NCBI GenBank assembly: GCA_018303125.1
Contig: JAGVYS010000003.1
Location: forward strand, 637 to 64,636
Direction of reading: 5' to 3'
From: Candidatus Woesearchaeota archaeon
Lineage (GTDB): Archaea > Nanobdellota > Nanobdellia > Woesearchaeales > WJIZ01
Length of the DNA stretch: 64,000 nt
The notes beneath the pieces are model-generated. The model saw only the letters and a list, made by a program, of their open reading frames with translations. It was not told the DNA's origin and did no database searches. Below are positions 1 through 10,415 of this stretch, one piece after another. A program made the position numbers and the translations under genes. Numbering within the stretch: the first letter of the stretch is position 1; every line of letters starts with the position of its first letter.

Positions 1-941
1 ACCGCTTCACACATGCTTGGGTTTATCTTGCCGGGCATTATGGATGAGCCTGGCTCAAGTGCAGGAAGAGTTATTTCATTCAATCCAGTCTTCGGCCCTG
101 ATGACATAAGCCTCAGGTCATTTGCAATCTTGTTTATATCCAGTGCAGCCAGCTTTAGTACTGATGACAATGCAGCTATATCTGTAAGGAATTGAGTGCT
201 TTCAATGCAGTCTTCTGCTGACATGAAGTCAAGTTTTGCATATTCGTTTATGTGCATTATAACCTTCATCCTGAACTCAGGATAGGTATTGAGGCCAGTT
301 CCGACAGCATTTCCGCCTATGCCAAGCTCCATCAGGAATTTTTTTGTATCTTCTACCCTCTCTATATGTTTTCCAATTGCAGTTGCGTATGCATTGAATT
401 CCTTGCCAAGTGTGATTGGCACAGCATCCTGAAGATGGGTCCTGGCAGATTTTAGTACATTCCTAAACTTTTCTCCCTTGCCTTTAAGCTCTTTTCTAAG
501 TAGGGAAAGTGAGACTATCAGCCTTTCAACAGCAAAACACGATGCTATCCTTATCGCAGAAGGTATGACATCATTGGTTGACTGCCCTTTGTTTACATCA
601 TCGTTCGGATGCAGCGATATTGCCATTATGCCAAAAGCCCTGTTAGCAATAACCTCATTCACATTCATGTTTGTTGATGTGCCTGAGCCGGACTGGAATA
701 TGTCAAGAGGAAACTCTGAGTCCAACTTCCCATCTATTATCTCTGTGCATGCCGCTATTATAGCTGACATTTTCTTATTGTCAATAAGCCCAAGCTCATT
801 ATTTGCTTTTGCACATGCAGCCTTTATTATGGCAATAGCCTTAATCAGCTCAGGATTCCATCTTAGATTGCTTATATGGAAATTGTTGAGTGAGCGCTGA
901 GTGTGCGCCCCATAGCAGGCATCAAAAGGAACATCCATCTC
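1..941 (-). CDS. fumC: class II fumarate hydratase (fumarase/aspartase family), partial; N-terminal ~313 aa, C-terminus runs off the window
   Basis: Minus-strand reading from the ATG at 941 gives MGEMDVPFDACYGAHTQRSLNNF... and ends at the window edge in GSSIMPGKINPSMCEA. That is the fumarase/aspartase GSSxMPxKxNP signature, and the CEA tail matches FumC better than AspA. The plus-strand ORFs over this region are antisense artefacts. Confidence 0.7.
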
Positions 942-1071
942 CCCCATCGTGTCTCTCTCTTTTCTTGTTTGCATCATTAATGGTATTCTTCAAACGTATT
1001 TAATTTTTTTCCAATTTCATGGCACAAACAAAAAACTATATAAAGGGGAGCAGCGCTGCAATTATCCCGGT

Positions 1072-2148
1072 ATGTTAAGAAAAAAACCGGCGGTAGGAAG
1101 TCTAATTCTTAAGGATGGCACTGTCTTCAAAGGCACTCCATTTGGCTCGCAAAATAGCACAGCAGGGGAGGTTGTTTTCAATACTGGAATGGTCGGATAT
1201 CCTGAAAGCATGACCGACCCCAGCTACAATGGCCAGATTCTTGTTTTCACATATCCTTTGATAGGAAACTATGGCGTAAGGCAGAACCCTGATTCTATTG
1301 CTGATTCACTTGAGTCCAGCAGGATACAGGTCAAGGGGATTATAGTATCTGACTACTCAGCAAATTACAGCCATTGGAGCGCTATAAAATCACTTGATGA
1401 ATGGATGAAGGAAGAAGGCATACCGGGCATCTATGGCATTGACACAAGGCAGCTTACAAAGAGGCTCAGGGAAAAAGGGGTAATGCTTGGGAAAATAATC
1501 AACAGGCAAGATACGGGCTTCTATGACCCAAACAAGGAAATCCTGCAGGAATATGTGAGCGTGAAATCCCCTGTTACATATGGGAGCGGAAAGCCCCACA
1601 TAGTGCTTGTTGACTGCGGTGTTAAAAACAGCATAATAAGGAGTCTTCTTAGGAGGAAAGTCAGGCTTACGCAAGTGCCTTATGATTACGATTTTACAAG
1701 GATGAAGTATGACGGATTGTTTATCTCCAATGGCCCGGGAGACCCTAAGAGCGTGACGCAGGCAATTGAAAATGTAAGGATTGCTATGGATAGTGAAAAG
1801 CCTGTTTTCGGGATATGCATGGGCAACCAGATAATGGCCCTTGCAGCAGGTGGCGCAACATACAAGCTTAAGTTTGGCCACAGAAGCCAGAACCAGCCGT
1901 GCATTGAGCAGGGCACGAAGAGATGCTACATCACTTCCCAAAATCATGGTTATGCTGTAAATGATAAAAAATTGCCTTCAGGATGGAAGCCGTGGTTCAG
2001 GAATGCAAATGACGGCACAAATGAGGGAATAATCCATAAGACAGGCCTGTTCAGGGCAATACAATTCCATGCAGAGCACAATCCCGGGCCTCGAGATACA
2101 GAGTTCATGTTCGATAATTTCATAAGAATGGTAAGGGAAGGAAGATGA
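1072..2148 (+). CDS. carA: carbamoyl-phosphate synthase small (glutamine amidotransferase) subunit
   Basis: From MLRKKPAVGSLILKDGTVFKG onward the product matches CarA: N-terminal domain then a class I GATase domain with the CMGNQ nucleophile motif and a FHAEH-type C-terminus. A TATA-like ctatataaa lies ~40 bp upstream. The 949 start in the ORF track adds a non-conserved leader and is rejected. Confidence 0.9.
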   Translation: MLRKKPAVGSLILKDGTVFKGTPFGSQNSTAGEVVFNTGMVGYPESMTDPSYNGQILVFTYPLIGNYGVRQNPDSIADSLESSRIQVKGIIVSDYSANYSHWSAIKSLDEWMKEEGIPGIYGIDTRQLTKRLREKGVMLGKIINRQDTGFYDPNKEILQEYVSVKSPVTYGSGKPHIVLVDCGVKNSIIRSLLRRKVRLTQVPYDYDFTRMKYDGLFISNGPGDPKSVTQAIENVRIAMDSEKPVFGICMGNQIMALAAGGATYKLKFGHRSQNQPCIEQGTKRCYITSQNHGYAVNDKKLPSGWKPWFRNANDGTNEGIIHKTGLFRAIQFHAEHNPGPRDTEFMFDNFIRMVREGR

Positions 2149-2660
2149 CAGAAGAGATGTTGGATGTGGTGGACGAAGATGACAGAGTAATTAAGGTAAC
2201 ATCAAGGGATGATGCTCGTAGGAGAAATCTAAGGACAAGGGCAAGCCACATAATTATCATGGATAGGAAAGGCAATTTACTCATTCAAAAAAGGGCGGCC
2301 GGAAAGAAGATATACCCGAGCCTTTGGGACATAGGTGTAGGAGAAACAATCCAGACAGGGGAGAGCTATGAAAGTGCTGCAATAAGGGGAATGAGTGAAG
2401 AGCTCAACTTGACAATCAGCATGAAAAATATTAAGTTTCTATGCGATTACAAATTTGAGGATGAGATAACAAAGAGGATATGGAAGATATACTCTTGCAT
2501 ATTGCCAAGCCATGATGTAACAATGCAGGAAGATGAAATTTCAGAAATTAAATGGATATCTGCAATAGAAGCTGCAAATGCAGTGAAAACAAAAAATTTT
2601 GCGCCCTGGTGGTCGGGCATATTTGAAGAGGCGATGAAAAAAATTGGAGGCAAGGTTTGA
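2145..2660 (+). CDS. NUDIX hydrolase
   Basis: Nudix box GVGETIQTGESYESAAIRGMSEELNL (GX5EX7REUXEEXGU). Start overlaps the carA stop (ATGA) and the stop overlaps the carB start. Confidence 0.8.
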   Translation: MTEEMLDVVDEDDRVIKVTSRDDARRRNLRTRASHIIIMDRKGNLLIQKRAAGKKIYPSLWDIGVGETIQTGESYESAAIRGMSEELNLTISMKNIKFLCDYKFEDEITKRIWKIYSCILPSHDVTMQEDEISEIKWISAIEAANAVKTKNFAPWWSGIFEEAMKKIGGKV

Positions 2661-5600
2661 ATCCAAAAAAAGTTCTTGTGCTAGGCTCAGGAGCGCTTAA
2701 GATAGGTCAGGGAGGAGAATTCGATTACTCTGGTTCACAATGCCTTAGGGCATTGAGAGAAGAGGGAATAAAAAGCGTTCTTGTAAACCCCAACATAGCT
2801 ACTGTGCAGTCTTCAGAGGAAATGGCAGACGAGATTTATTTCCTGCCGCTCACTCCTTATTTTATAGAGAAGGTCATTGAAAAGGAAAAGCCTGATGGCA
2901 TATTCTTGAGTTTTGGCGGCCAGACTGCATTGAACTGTGGCGTGGAATTGCACAGCAAAGGCATACTGAAAAAGCATAATGTCAGGGTGCTTGGCACACA
3001 GGTAAGTGCAATAATCGCAACAGAGGATAGGGGCATTTTTGTAAAGAAGCTCAAGGAAATAAATGTTAAGACACCGAGGGGCATTGCTGTCACAAACATA
3101 AGTGGAGCAATTAAGGCAGCAGACAAGATTAAGTATCCTGTAATGCTGAGGGTTGCCTATGCTCTTGGCGGGCTAGGCTCTGGAGTTTGCAACAACAATA
3201 AAGAGCTTGCAGAAAAAGCATCTAAGGCATTCTCGAGTGTTAAGCAGATTCTCATAGAGGAATACCTTGAGGGATGGAAGGAGATTGAGTATGAAGTTGT
3301 CAGGGACGGAAATGACAATTGCATAACAGTCTGCAACATGGAAAACTTTGACCCTATGGGAATCCATACAGGGGAAAGCATAGTTGTGGCACCTTCCCAG
3401 ACACTAACAAATGCAGAGTATCACAAGCTTAGGGAGATTTCAATTAAGGTGATAAGGCATCTCGGCATAATAGGGGAGTGCAACATACAGTTTGCATTCA
3501 GCCCAAGCTCTGATGATTACAGGGTAATAGAGGTAAATGCAAGGCTCTCAAGGAGCTCAGCATTGGCATCAAAGGCAACAGGCTATCCCTTGGCCTTTGT
3601 CGCAGCAAAACTTGGCCTTGGTTATTCCCTTACAGAAATAGACAACAGCATAACAAAGGCAACAAAAGCATGTTTTGAGCCTGCGCTCGACTATATAGTT
3701 GTGAAGATGCCAAGGTGGGACCTGCAGAAATTCAGGAGAGTGGAAAGAGAGATAGGCACTGAGATGAAATCTGTAGGAGAGGTAATGGCCATAGGTAGGA
3801 ACTTCGAGGAAGCAGTCCAAAAGGCAATAAGGATGCTAGGCACAGGCCTGAACGGGATTATAGGAGACAATATATCGTCAAAGGATATTGAAAAAGAGCT
3901 GCGAAAGCCAACTGACGAAAGGGTATTTGCAATTGCAAGTGCCATAGACAAAGGCATTTCAATAGAAAAGATACATTCCTTTTCAAAGATAGACAAATGG
4001 TTCCTTCACAGGATAGGTAATATAGTATCTGTTTACAGGAAGCTAAGGAAGGCAAGCATAAGGAGATTAAGCAAGGAACTTCTTTCAGAATGCAAGCGCA
4101 ATGGCTTCTCGGATGCCCAGATAGCAGCAATAATCTCATCTGATGAGCATGAGGTAAGGAAATTAAGGGAGAAATATTCCATATTCCCTTCTGTAAAGCA
4201 GATAGACACTCTTGCAGCTGAGTATCCTGCAAGGACAAATTACCTATACTTAACTTATAATGGAACCGAGGACGACATATCATTTGCTGACAAAAAGAAA
4301 GTAATGGTGCTAGGCTCAGGTGCGTACAGAATAGGCAGCTCAGTTGAGTTCGACTGGTGCTGCGTCAACAGCGCAATTGCATTAAGGAAACTTGGTTTCA
4401 GGACAATAATGCTGAACTATAATCCAGAGACAGTATCAACTGATTATGACATGTGCGACAAGCTTTATTTTGATGATATCAGCTTTGAAACAGTTATTGA
4501 TATATACAGGAAGGAAAAGCCGGATGGAGTCATAGTTTCAATGGGCGGCCAGATACCCAATAACCTGGCCTTGAAGCTGCACAGGAGCGGAATAAAAATA
4601 CTTGGCACTTCCCCTGTTTCTATTGACAAGGCAGAGGACAGGCATAAATTCTCAAAGCTTCTTGACTCTCTTGAAATCGACCAGCCTGAATGGAAGGAGC
4701 TTACAACAGTCAGGAATGCAAAAAAATTCGCGGAAAAAGTGAAATATCCTGTCCTTATAAGGCCAAGCTATGTGCTAAGCGGCGCAGCAATGTCTGTTGC
4801 TTTAAATGAGAAAAGCCTGGAAGAATATCTTGATAAGGCATCTTCAGTCAGCAAGGAGCATCCTGTTGTCGTCAGCAGCTTCATAACAGGCGCCAAGGAG
4901 ATAGAGATAGATGCAGTAGCCAATAAAGGCAATCTTGTATGCTGGGCCATATCTGAGCATATAGAAAATGCCGGAGTGCACAGTGGCGATGCAACAATAA
5001 TGCTTCCGCCGCAGAGGCTTTATTTCGAGACAACGAGGAGGGTAAAGAAGATTGCGGGCCAGCTTGCCAAGGCACTTGAAATAACTGGCCCATTCAATAT
5101 TCAGTTCCTTGCCAAGGATAATCATGTCAAAATAATCGAGCTTAATCTGAGGGCATCAAGGAGCTTCCCTTTTGTCTCAAAGGTTTTTGGTACGAATTTC
5201 ATTGATGTCGCAACAAAGGTTATAATGGGGCAGGACATAAAGAAGATAGGCATAAGCGTCTCTGACCTTGAGTATGTCGGAGTCAAAGCACCTCAGTTTT
5301 CATTCTCAAGATTGAAAGGCTCTGACCCGACATTGTCGGTTGAGATGGCATCAACTGGAGAGGTAGCATGCTTCGGCGATGATTTGGAAGAGGCATTCCT
5401 AAAGGCATTCTTATCTGTCGGCTATGTAATACCGAAAAAAACAGTGTTCCTGTCAACAGGCCCTGCAGAGAGCAAGGCTGAGCTGCTCGAAAGCTGCAGG
5501 CTGCTCAGGAAGATGAATTTCTCGCTTTTTGCAACTAAGGGAACGCATGATTATCTACGGCAGATGGGTGTCCCAAGCACAGTCCTTTACTGGCCTCTCG

Positions 5601-5851
5601 ACGGTAAAAAGCCAAATGCAGTAGATTATATAAAGGGCGGAAAGGTAGATATGGTCATCAACATACCTAAGTCATACCAAAGACAGGAGCTTTCAAACGG
5701 GTATATAATAAGGAGGGCAGCCGTGGATTATAATGTCCCGCTTATAACCAATACCCAGGTGGCAAAGCTGTTTGTATCTGCTATAAGCATGTATAGGCAG
5801 GATGGCCTTAAGATAAAATCGTGGAAGGAATACAAGGAGGTGCCAGGCTGA
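2657..5851 (+). CDS. carB: carbamoyl-phosphate synthase large subunit
   Basis: 1064 aa with two ATP-grasp halves (KVLVLGSGALKIGQGGEFDYSG and KVMVLGSGAYRIGSSVEFDW) and a C-terminal MGS-like domain. The apparent start is TTG at 2657, overlapping the NUDIX stop. Confidence 0.95.
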   Translation: MNPKKVLVLGSGALKIGQGGEFDYSGSQCLRALREEGIKSVLVNPNIATVQSSEEMADEIYFLPLTPYFIEKVIEKEKPDGIFLSFGGQTALNCGVELHSKGILKKHNVRVLGTQVSAIIATEDRGIFVKKLKEINVKTPRGIAVTNISGAIKAADKIKYPVMLRVAYALGGLGSGVCNNNKELAEKASKAFSSVKQILIEEYLEGWKEIEYEVVRDGNDNCITVCNMENFDPMGIHTGESIVVAPSQTLTNAEYHKLREISIKVIRHLGIIGECNIQFAFSPSSDDYRVIEVNARLSRSSALASKATGYPLAFVAAKLGLGYSLTEIDNSITKATKACFEPALDYIVVKMPRWDLQKFRRVEREIGTEMKSVGEVMAIGRNFEEAVQKAIRMLGTGLNGIIGDNISSKDIEKELRKPTDERVFAIASAIDKGISIEKIHSFSKIDKWFLHRIGNIVSVYRKLRKASIRRLSKELLSECKRNGFSDAQIAAIISSDEHEVRKLREKYSIFPSVKQIDTLAAEYPARTNYLYLTYNGTEDDISFADKKKVMVLGSGAYRIGSSVEFDWCCVNSAIALRKLGFRTIMLNYNPETVSTDYDMCDKLYFDDISFETVIDIYRKEKPDGVIVSMGGQIPNNLALKLHRSGIKILGTSPVSIDKAEDRHKFSKLLDSLEIDQPEWKELTTVRNAKKFAEKVKYPVLIRPSYVLSGAAMSVALNEKSLEEYLDKASSVSKEHPVVVSSFITGAKEIEIDAVANKGNLVCWAISEHIENAGVHSGDATIMLPPQRLYFETTRRVKKIAGQLAKALEITGPFNIQFLAKDNHVKIIELNLRASRSFPFVSKVFGTNFIDVATKVIMGQDIKKIGISVSDLEYVGVKAPQFSFSRLKGSDPTLSVEMASTGEVACFGDDLEEAFLKAFLSVGYVIPKKTVFLSTGPAESKAELLESCRLLRKMNFSLFATKGTHDYLRQMGVPSTVLYWPLDGKKPNAVDYIKGGKVDMVINIPKSYQRQELSNGYIIRRAAVDYNVPLITNTQVAKLFVSAISMYRQDGLKIKSWKEYKEVPG

Positions 5852-5874
5852 TTCCCTATGGGCAGCCTATTTTT

Positions 5875-7590
5875 ATGACAAAATACATCATTGTTGCGGG
5901 CGGCGTAATTTCTGGAGTGGGGAAAGGAGTTACAACAGCATCTATAGGCAAGATAATCAAGGAATACGGCTACAGCGTTACAGCCATAAAGATTGACCCT
6001 TACCTAAACTATGATGCAGGCACTCTCAGGCCAACAGAGCATGGCGAAGTATGGGTTACGGATGATGGTGGTGAGATTGACCAGGACCTTGGAAATTATG
6101 AAAGGTTTCTTGACATGGAAATACCTAAAATAAACAACATTACTTCCGGCCAGATTTACAAGACAGTCATAGACAGGGAAAGGAAAGGCGAATACTTAGG
6201 AGAAACAGTCCAGTTCATTCCCCATATACCGGACGAGATTAGGAGGAGAATAAAGGAGTCATCAAAGGGATATGAATTCGCAATAATAGAGATAGGCGGC
6301 ACAATTGGTGATTTTGAGAATCTTCCATTTCTCTTCGCCATGAAGGGGATGGAGCGCGAGATAGGCAAGGAAAATATCATCTATATACTTGTTTCTTACA
6401 TGCCTGTTCCAGAGCATATGGGCGAGATGAAGACAAAGCCGACCCAGCAGGCAATAAAGCTGCTTTCCGAATCAGGCATTTTCCCTGATTTCATAATATG
6501 CAGGTCGCTATCACCTCTTGATGATATAAGGAAGAAAAAAATAGAGACTTATGCCAACATACCAAGCGATTATGTAATCTCAGAGCCTGACATAGATACG
6601 ATTTACAGGATACCTCTTGACCTTGAGAAGGAAAGCCTCGGGTACAAGATTCTCTCTGAGCTCAGGATGAAGCTGAGGAAAAGGCCGACATTCAGGTCAT
6701 GGAAGGAGCTTGTAAAGAAGATAATAAGCCCATCAAAGAAAATCAGGATTGCCCTTGTTGGAAAATATCTTGACATAGGCAATTTCAGCCTAAAGGATTC
6801 TTACATTTCAGTAAATGAGTCGCTGCTCCATGCCGGCGCATCCCTTGATGTTGGCGTGGAAATAGAGTGGATAGACTCAAAGAAGCTTGAGAAGGAGAAT
6901 GCGGAAAAGATGCTTGAGGGATTTGACGGCATACTTATACCTGGGGGATTCGGCAATTCAGGAGTGGAAGGGAAGATAAGCGCGATAAAGTATGCAAGAG
7001 AAAACGGCATTCCATTCCTTGGCCTTTGCTATGGCCTTCAGCTTGCCATAGTTGAATATGCAAGGAATGTCTGCACGCTTAAGGATGCGCATACAACAGA
7101 AGTTGACAAGGACACAAAAAATCCTGTTATCTGTATCTTAAACTCACAGAAAAACATAATGGAGAACCATGATTATGGCGGCACGATGCGCCTTGGTGCA
7201 TATGCGGCAACCCTGAAGAAGGATACTAAAGTACTTTCATTATACAGGGAGACAGGAAGGCTGAAGGAAGACAGGGAAAAGCTCGGAAATTACAAGAAAT
7301 CAGAGCAGTTCAGGCTTGGAAAGATGGAGGATGACTCAAATGTTGTCCTTGAAAGGCACAGGCATAGGTATGAGGTGAATCCTGAATATGTAAGCAGGCT
7401 TGAGGAAAAGGGGATGGTTTTTTCTGGTTGCCATATTATGGAAGACGGCACAAGCCTTATGGAATACATTGAGTTGCCTCAGCATAATTTCTTTGTCGCA
7501 ACTCAAAGCCATCCTGAGTTCAAGAGTAGGCTAGGCAATCCCTCTCCATTGTTTTACGGCTTCATAAAGGCATGCTCTGAGAAGAAGTGA
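5875..7590 (+). CDS. pyrG: CTP synthase
   Basis: MTKYIIVAGGVISGVGKG N-terminus, C-terminal GATase domain (GLCYGLQ, HRHRYEVN). The upstream in-frame extension from 5821 overlaps carB and is rejected. Confidence 0.95.
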   Translation: MTKYIIVAGGVISGVGKGVTTASIGKIIKEYGYSVTAIKIDPYLNYDAGTLRPTEHGEVWVTDDGGEIDQDLGNYERFLDMEIPKINNITSGQIYKTVIDRERKGEYLGETVQFIPHIPDEIRRRIKESSKGYEFAIIEIGGTIGDFENLPFLFAMKGMEREIGKENIIYILVSYMPVPEHMGEMKTKPTQQAIKLLSESGIFPDFIICRSLSPLDDIRKKKIETYANIPSDYVISEPDIDTIYRIPLDLEKESLGYKILSELRMKLRKRPTFRSWKELVKKIISPSKKIRIALVGKYLDIGNFSLKDSYISVNESLLHAGASLDVGVEIEWIDSKKLEKENAEKMLEGFDGILIPGGFGNSGVEGKISAIKYARENGIPFLGLCYGLQLAIVEYARNVCTLKDAHTTEVDKDTKNPVICILNSQKNIMENHDYGGTMRLGAYAATLKKDTKVLSLYRETGRLKEDREKLGNYKKSEQFRLGKMEDDSNVVLERHRHRYEVNPEYVSRLEEKGMVFSGCHIMEDGTSLMEYIELPQHNFFVATQSHPEFKSRLGNPSPLFYGFIKACSEKK

Positions 7591-7672
7591 CGGAATCCCA
7601 GAACTAATGCTTTTCAGGCAATGCCCAATTTAGCGCAAACTATTTAAATTTGTTACAATGGCTGCAATATAG

Positions 7673-8454
7673 ATGAAAAAAGTGCTTGTTGTTTTCGGCT
7701 CTATTTCTGATGAGGCTGTTTTTTTGATGAAATAATTTCAGGCCTTAAAGAAGAAAAAGTGCCTTATGATGCAAGGATATGCTCTGCCCATCGTACACCA
7801 GATGAGCTTGATGCATTGCTTCGCGGGAATTATTCAGTCATAATAGCAGGCGCAGGGCTTGCAGCCCACCTGCCAGGAGTATGCGCCTCAAAATCAATCC
7901 TGCCTGTAATTGGGGTTCCTGTAAGCAACAATTACCAGGGCCTTGATTCACTGCTTTCAATAATGCAGATGCCTCCCGGCATTCCTGTCCTCAGCGTTGG
8001 AGTTGACAAAGGCAGGGAAGCAGCAAAGATGGCAGCATTGATGCATATGCAGTACAAGAATGTCCATCTTTTCCTAAATGAAAAAGACAAGGCTGCAAAA
8101 AAAGCCATTGACATTCTTAAAGAGTTCAATGTCCCTTATGAGATAAATCCGGAATTCAGGGCAAATAGCCTCAACATAAGCTTTGTAACGCTCAATGAAA
8201 GCGCAAAAGATGACTCTCTTTCAATTTATGTCCCTATTAATGATGGCTCAGGCATGGCGGAAGCGTCTCTTAACTTGCTTAGGATGACCTCAAATGGCTT
8301 GTGGGTCGGCCTTAACAGGGGGGAGAATGCGGCGCTTGCTGCTGTGGAGATACTTGCCATAACTGATATGTCGCTCAGGCAAAAGATTATTGCATACAGG
8401 AAAAAGCATGCTGAAAAAGTAAAGGATGACAACATGAAGGTGAAATCAAAATGA
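7673..8454 (+). pseudogene. purE: N5-CAIR mutase (PurE, class II-like) with two tandem PurE-like halves, interrupted by a 1-nt frameshift in a T7 run (7719-7725); could be a sequencing error
   Basis: Frame 0 from ATG 7673 gives [17 protein letters not shown] and then hits a stop. The shifted frame continues (F)[29 protein letters not shown]...[10 protein letters not shown], the PurE core. A second degenerate PurE-like half ending [18 protein letters not shown] follows. TATA-like ctatttaaat sits ~25 bp upstream of the ATG. Confidence 0.7.
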
Positions 8455-9392
8455 TTCTGGACAATAAGATAAGAGACCAAATGGAGTATACACTGAAGGA
8501 AACACGTTTCAATCTTGGCAAGAAATACCAGGGCAAGGTAAGGGATACTTACATGACCGATGATAAGATCTACATAATAACAACTGACAGGATCAGCGCA
8601 TTTGACCGTGTCCTCACAACAGTCCCTTTCAAGGGCCAGGTTTTGAATCAGATATCTGATTTCTGGTTCAGCATGACAAAGGACATAGTGAAGAACCACG
8701 TCATTTCTGTGCCTGACCCGAATGTAATGGTCACCAGGAAGCTGAATATACTCCCTATAGAGGTTGTAATAAGAGGATACTTGACAGGCTCTGCATGGCG
8801 AGATTACCAGAAAGGGAATGCTGTTTCAGGAATAAAGCTGCCTCCGGGCATGAGGAAGGACCAGAAGTTCGATAAGCCGTTATTCACTCCATCAACCAAG
8901 GCTAAGGAAGGGCATGACATGCCTCTCTCAGTGCATGATATTGTTGCGCAGGGAATGTTATCTAAAGAGCTTATCCAGAAGGTTGAGGAAATGGCACTAA
9001 AGGTTTTCAAGAGGGGCCAGGAAGTTGCGCTTAGCAATGGAATGATATTGGTTGATACAAAATACGAATTTGGCCTTGATGAAAACAATGAGATTTACCT
9101 TGCCGATGAACTGCATACTCCAGATTCCTCAAGATACTGGTATGCTGATACTTATGAGGAAAGGTTCAGGAATGGGCAGGAGCAAAGGATGCTTGACAAG
9201 GAATATCTTAGGCAGTGGCTGATAAAAGAGAGGAGCTTCATGGGCGACGGCCATATACCTGAGATACCAGCAGAAGTAATAATAGAAGTGGCAAAGAAAT
9301 ACATAAAGGCCTATGAGGAGATTACAGGCAAGAAGTTTGATGCTAAAGTCGGGGATGTCCTTGAAAGGGTTAAAAAGTGCCTCGGTGCATAG
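8451..9392 (+). CDS. purC: SAICAR synthetase (phosphoribosylaminoimidazole-succinocarboxamide synthase), long form
   Basis: TDRISAFD motif; 313 aa; overlaps the purE stop by 4 nt. Confidence 0.9.
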   Translation: MILDNKIRDQMEYTLKETRFNLGKKYQGKVRDTYMTDDKIYIITTDRISAFDRVLTTVPFKGQVLNQISDFWFSMTKDIVKNHVISVPDPNVMVTRKLNILPIEVVIRGYLTGSAWRDYQKGNAVSGIKLPPGMRKDQKFDKPLFTPSTKAKEGHDMPLSVHDIVAQGMLSKELIQKVEEMALKVFKRGQEVALSNGMILVDTKYEFGLDENNEIYLADELHTPDSSRYWYADTYEERFRNGQEQRMLDKEYLRQWLIKERSFMGDGHIPEIPAEVIIEVAKKYIKAYEEITGKKFDAKVGDVLERVKKCLGA

Positions 9393-9437
9393 TTTAGTTG
9401 CAAAATATTTATAAATTTCTTTAATGACGGGTTAGCC

Positions 9438-9914
9438 ATGGGTTATGCGGCTCAGTTGATGTGTTCTTATCGTCACCTTACAGCTTCTGGAATGCATTTT
9501 GTTGTTATGAGGAACGGAGATTATGTTTTAACAGCAGAGGGAGCACCTGCAGTTGTGGATGATTTAGAATCTGCAATAAAACTACGGGAAGAACAGGATA
9601 TTCCTGCTAATATTTTTTCAGTCACTGCATCCCCAATAGGCAATACAGGAAAAATCATAAATAATGGAGAGGACATAACACGATTCCTAATCTCTTCTGG
9701 AGGTGCGGAGCCTTTTTGTAATTTGCCCGGCATTATACCAATATCGAAAGACGAGCCTGTTTATGTTGGCCGTAATGGGACAGGCTATTCAGGATTCTAT
9801 GCCGTGGATAGTGTAAAAATAGATAACGGCGCCCGTGATGTGAAAATACAGGAAGTCAGGCTAAAAAAATTGGATGAAAATCCGCCAGCAGGGAAATACC
9901 TTTTTCTTGCCTGA
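9438..9914 (+). CDS. hypothetical protein
   Basis: 158-aa ORF with a TATA-like atatttataaatt ~25-30 bp upstream; no recognisable family. Confidence 0.45.
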   Translation: MGYAAQLMCSYRHLTASGMHFVVMRNGDYVLTAEGAPAVVDDLESAIKLREEQDIPANIFSVTASPIGNTGKIINNGEDITRFLISSGGAEPFCNLPGIIPISKDEPVYVGRNGTGYSGFYAVDSVKIDNGARDVKIQEVRLKKLDENPPAGKYLFLA

Positions 9915-9923
9915 GCACATCTT

Positions 9924-10343
9924 TCATCCTTCGCAGGCATATTTTTGGTATTTTGCTATCATATTTTCTGCAGCGAAAATCAGCTGCTGCATTGCATAAG
10001 ATTCAAGCGCCTTTACCATATATTCCGCTTTGCCTGTTATAAGCGCAGTCCTGCTGTCCCGCTTAGCGTTAAGCGCATCTGCCCATACCTTGATTCCCTC
10101 CTCTAGGGAAAAGTTTCCTTTAAGAAATTTTGACATGTGGCATTGTGTTCTTTCTGCAGAAACTACAGCACCTGTGTTGTCATGGCAAATAACAGTTGGC
10201 CCATAGACGCTTATGTCCCCTGCCATTACACGATGGCTGCTGCCATGTTCAAAAAGGAAAATGTAATCCAGGGAAAAATCGCGGAATGGAAAAAATGGTT
10301 TCGAATTTGCCCTTATTACCCTCCAGTCTCTATTTTCACGCAT
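9924..10343 (-). CDS. hypothetical protein
   Basis: 139-aa ORF that does not overlap its neighbours; its AT-rich upstream region is shared with the suhB-like gene; no recognisable family. Confidence 0.35.
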   Translation of the reverse strand: MRENRDWRVIRANSKPFFPFRDFSLDYIFLFEHGSSHRVMAGDISVYGPTVICHDNTGAVVSAERTQCHMSKFLKGNFSLEEGIKVWADALNAKRDSRTALITGKAEYMVKALESYAMQQLIFAAENMIAKYQKYACEG

Positions 10344-10415
10344 ACTGAAAAGAATGTTATATTATTTATAAACCAATTCCAAAAGATTTACAAAGAGCGG
10401 CAATAGGAAAAAGTT

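Noticed and set aside
13-900. Plus-strand ORFs 13..195, 252..455 and 478..900
   Set aside because: They lie antisense to the clearly conserved minus-strand fumarase-family gene (1..941) and have no protein-like features.
949-1071. Upstream extension of carA from the Met at 949
   Set aside because: The extension (MSLSFLVCIINGIL...) is non-conserved and hydrophobic and overlaps the TATA-like promoter region; the conserved CarA N-terminus begins at 1072.
1390-1947. 185-aa minus-strand ORF inside carA
   Set aside because: It is antisense to a highly conserved gene and shows no family signal.
5821-5874. Upstream start for pyrG overlapping carB
   Set aside because: The conserved PyrG N-terminus MTKYIIVAGG starts at 5875; the extension overlaps the carB coding end.
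10137-10406. 89-aa plus-strand ORF
   Set aside because: It overlaps the minus-strand ORF 9924..10343 and the suhB upstream region, and there is no support for it.
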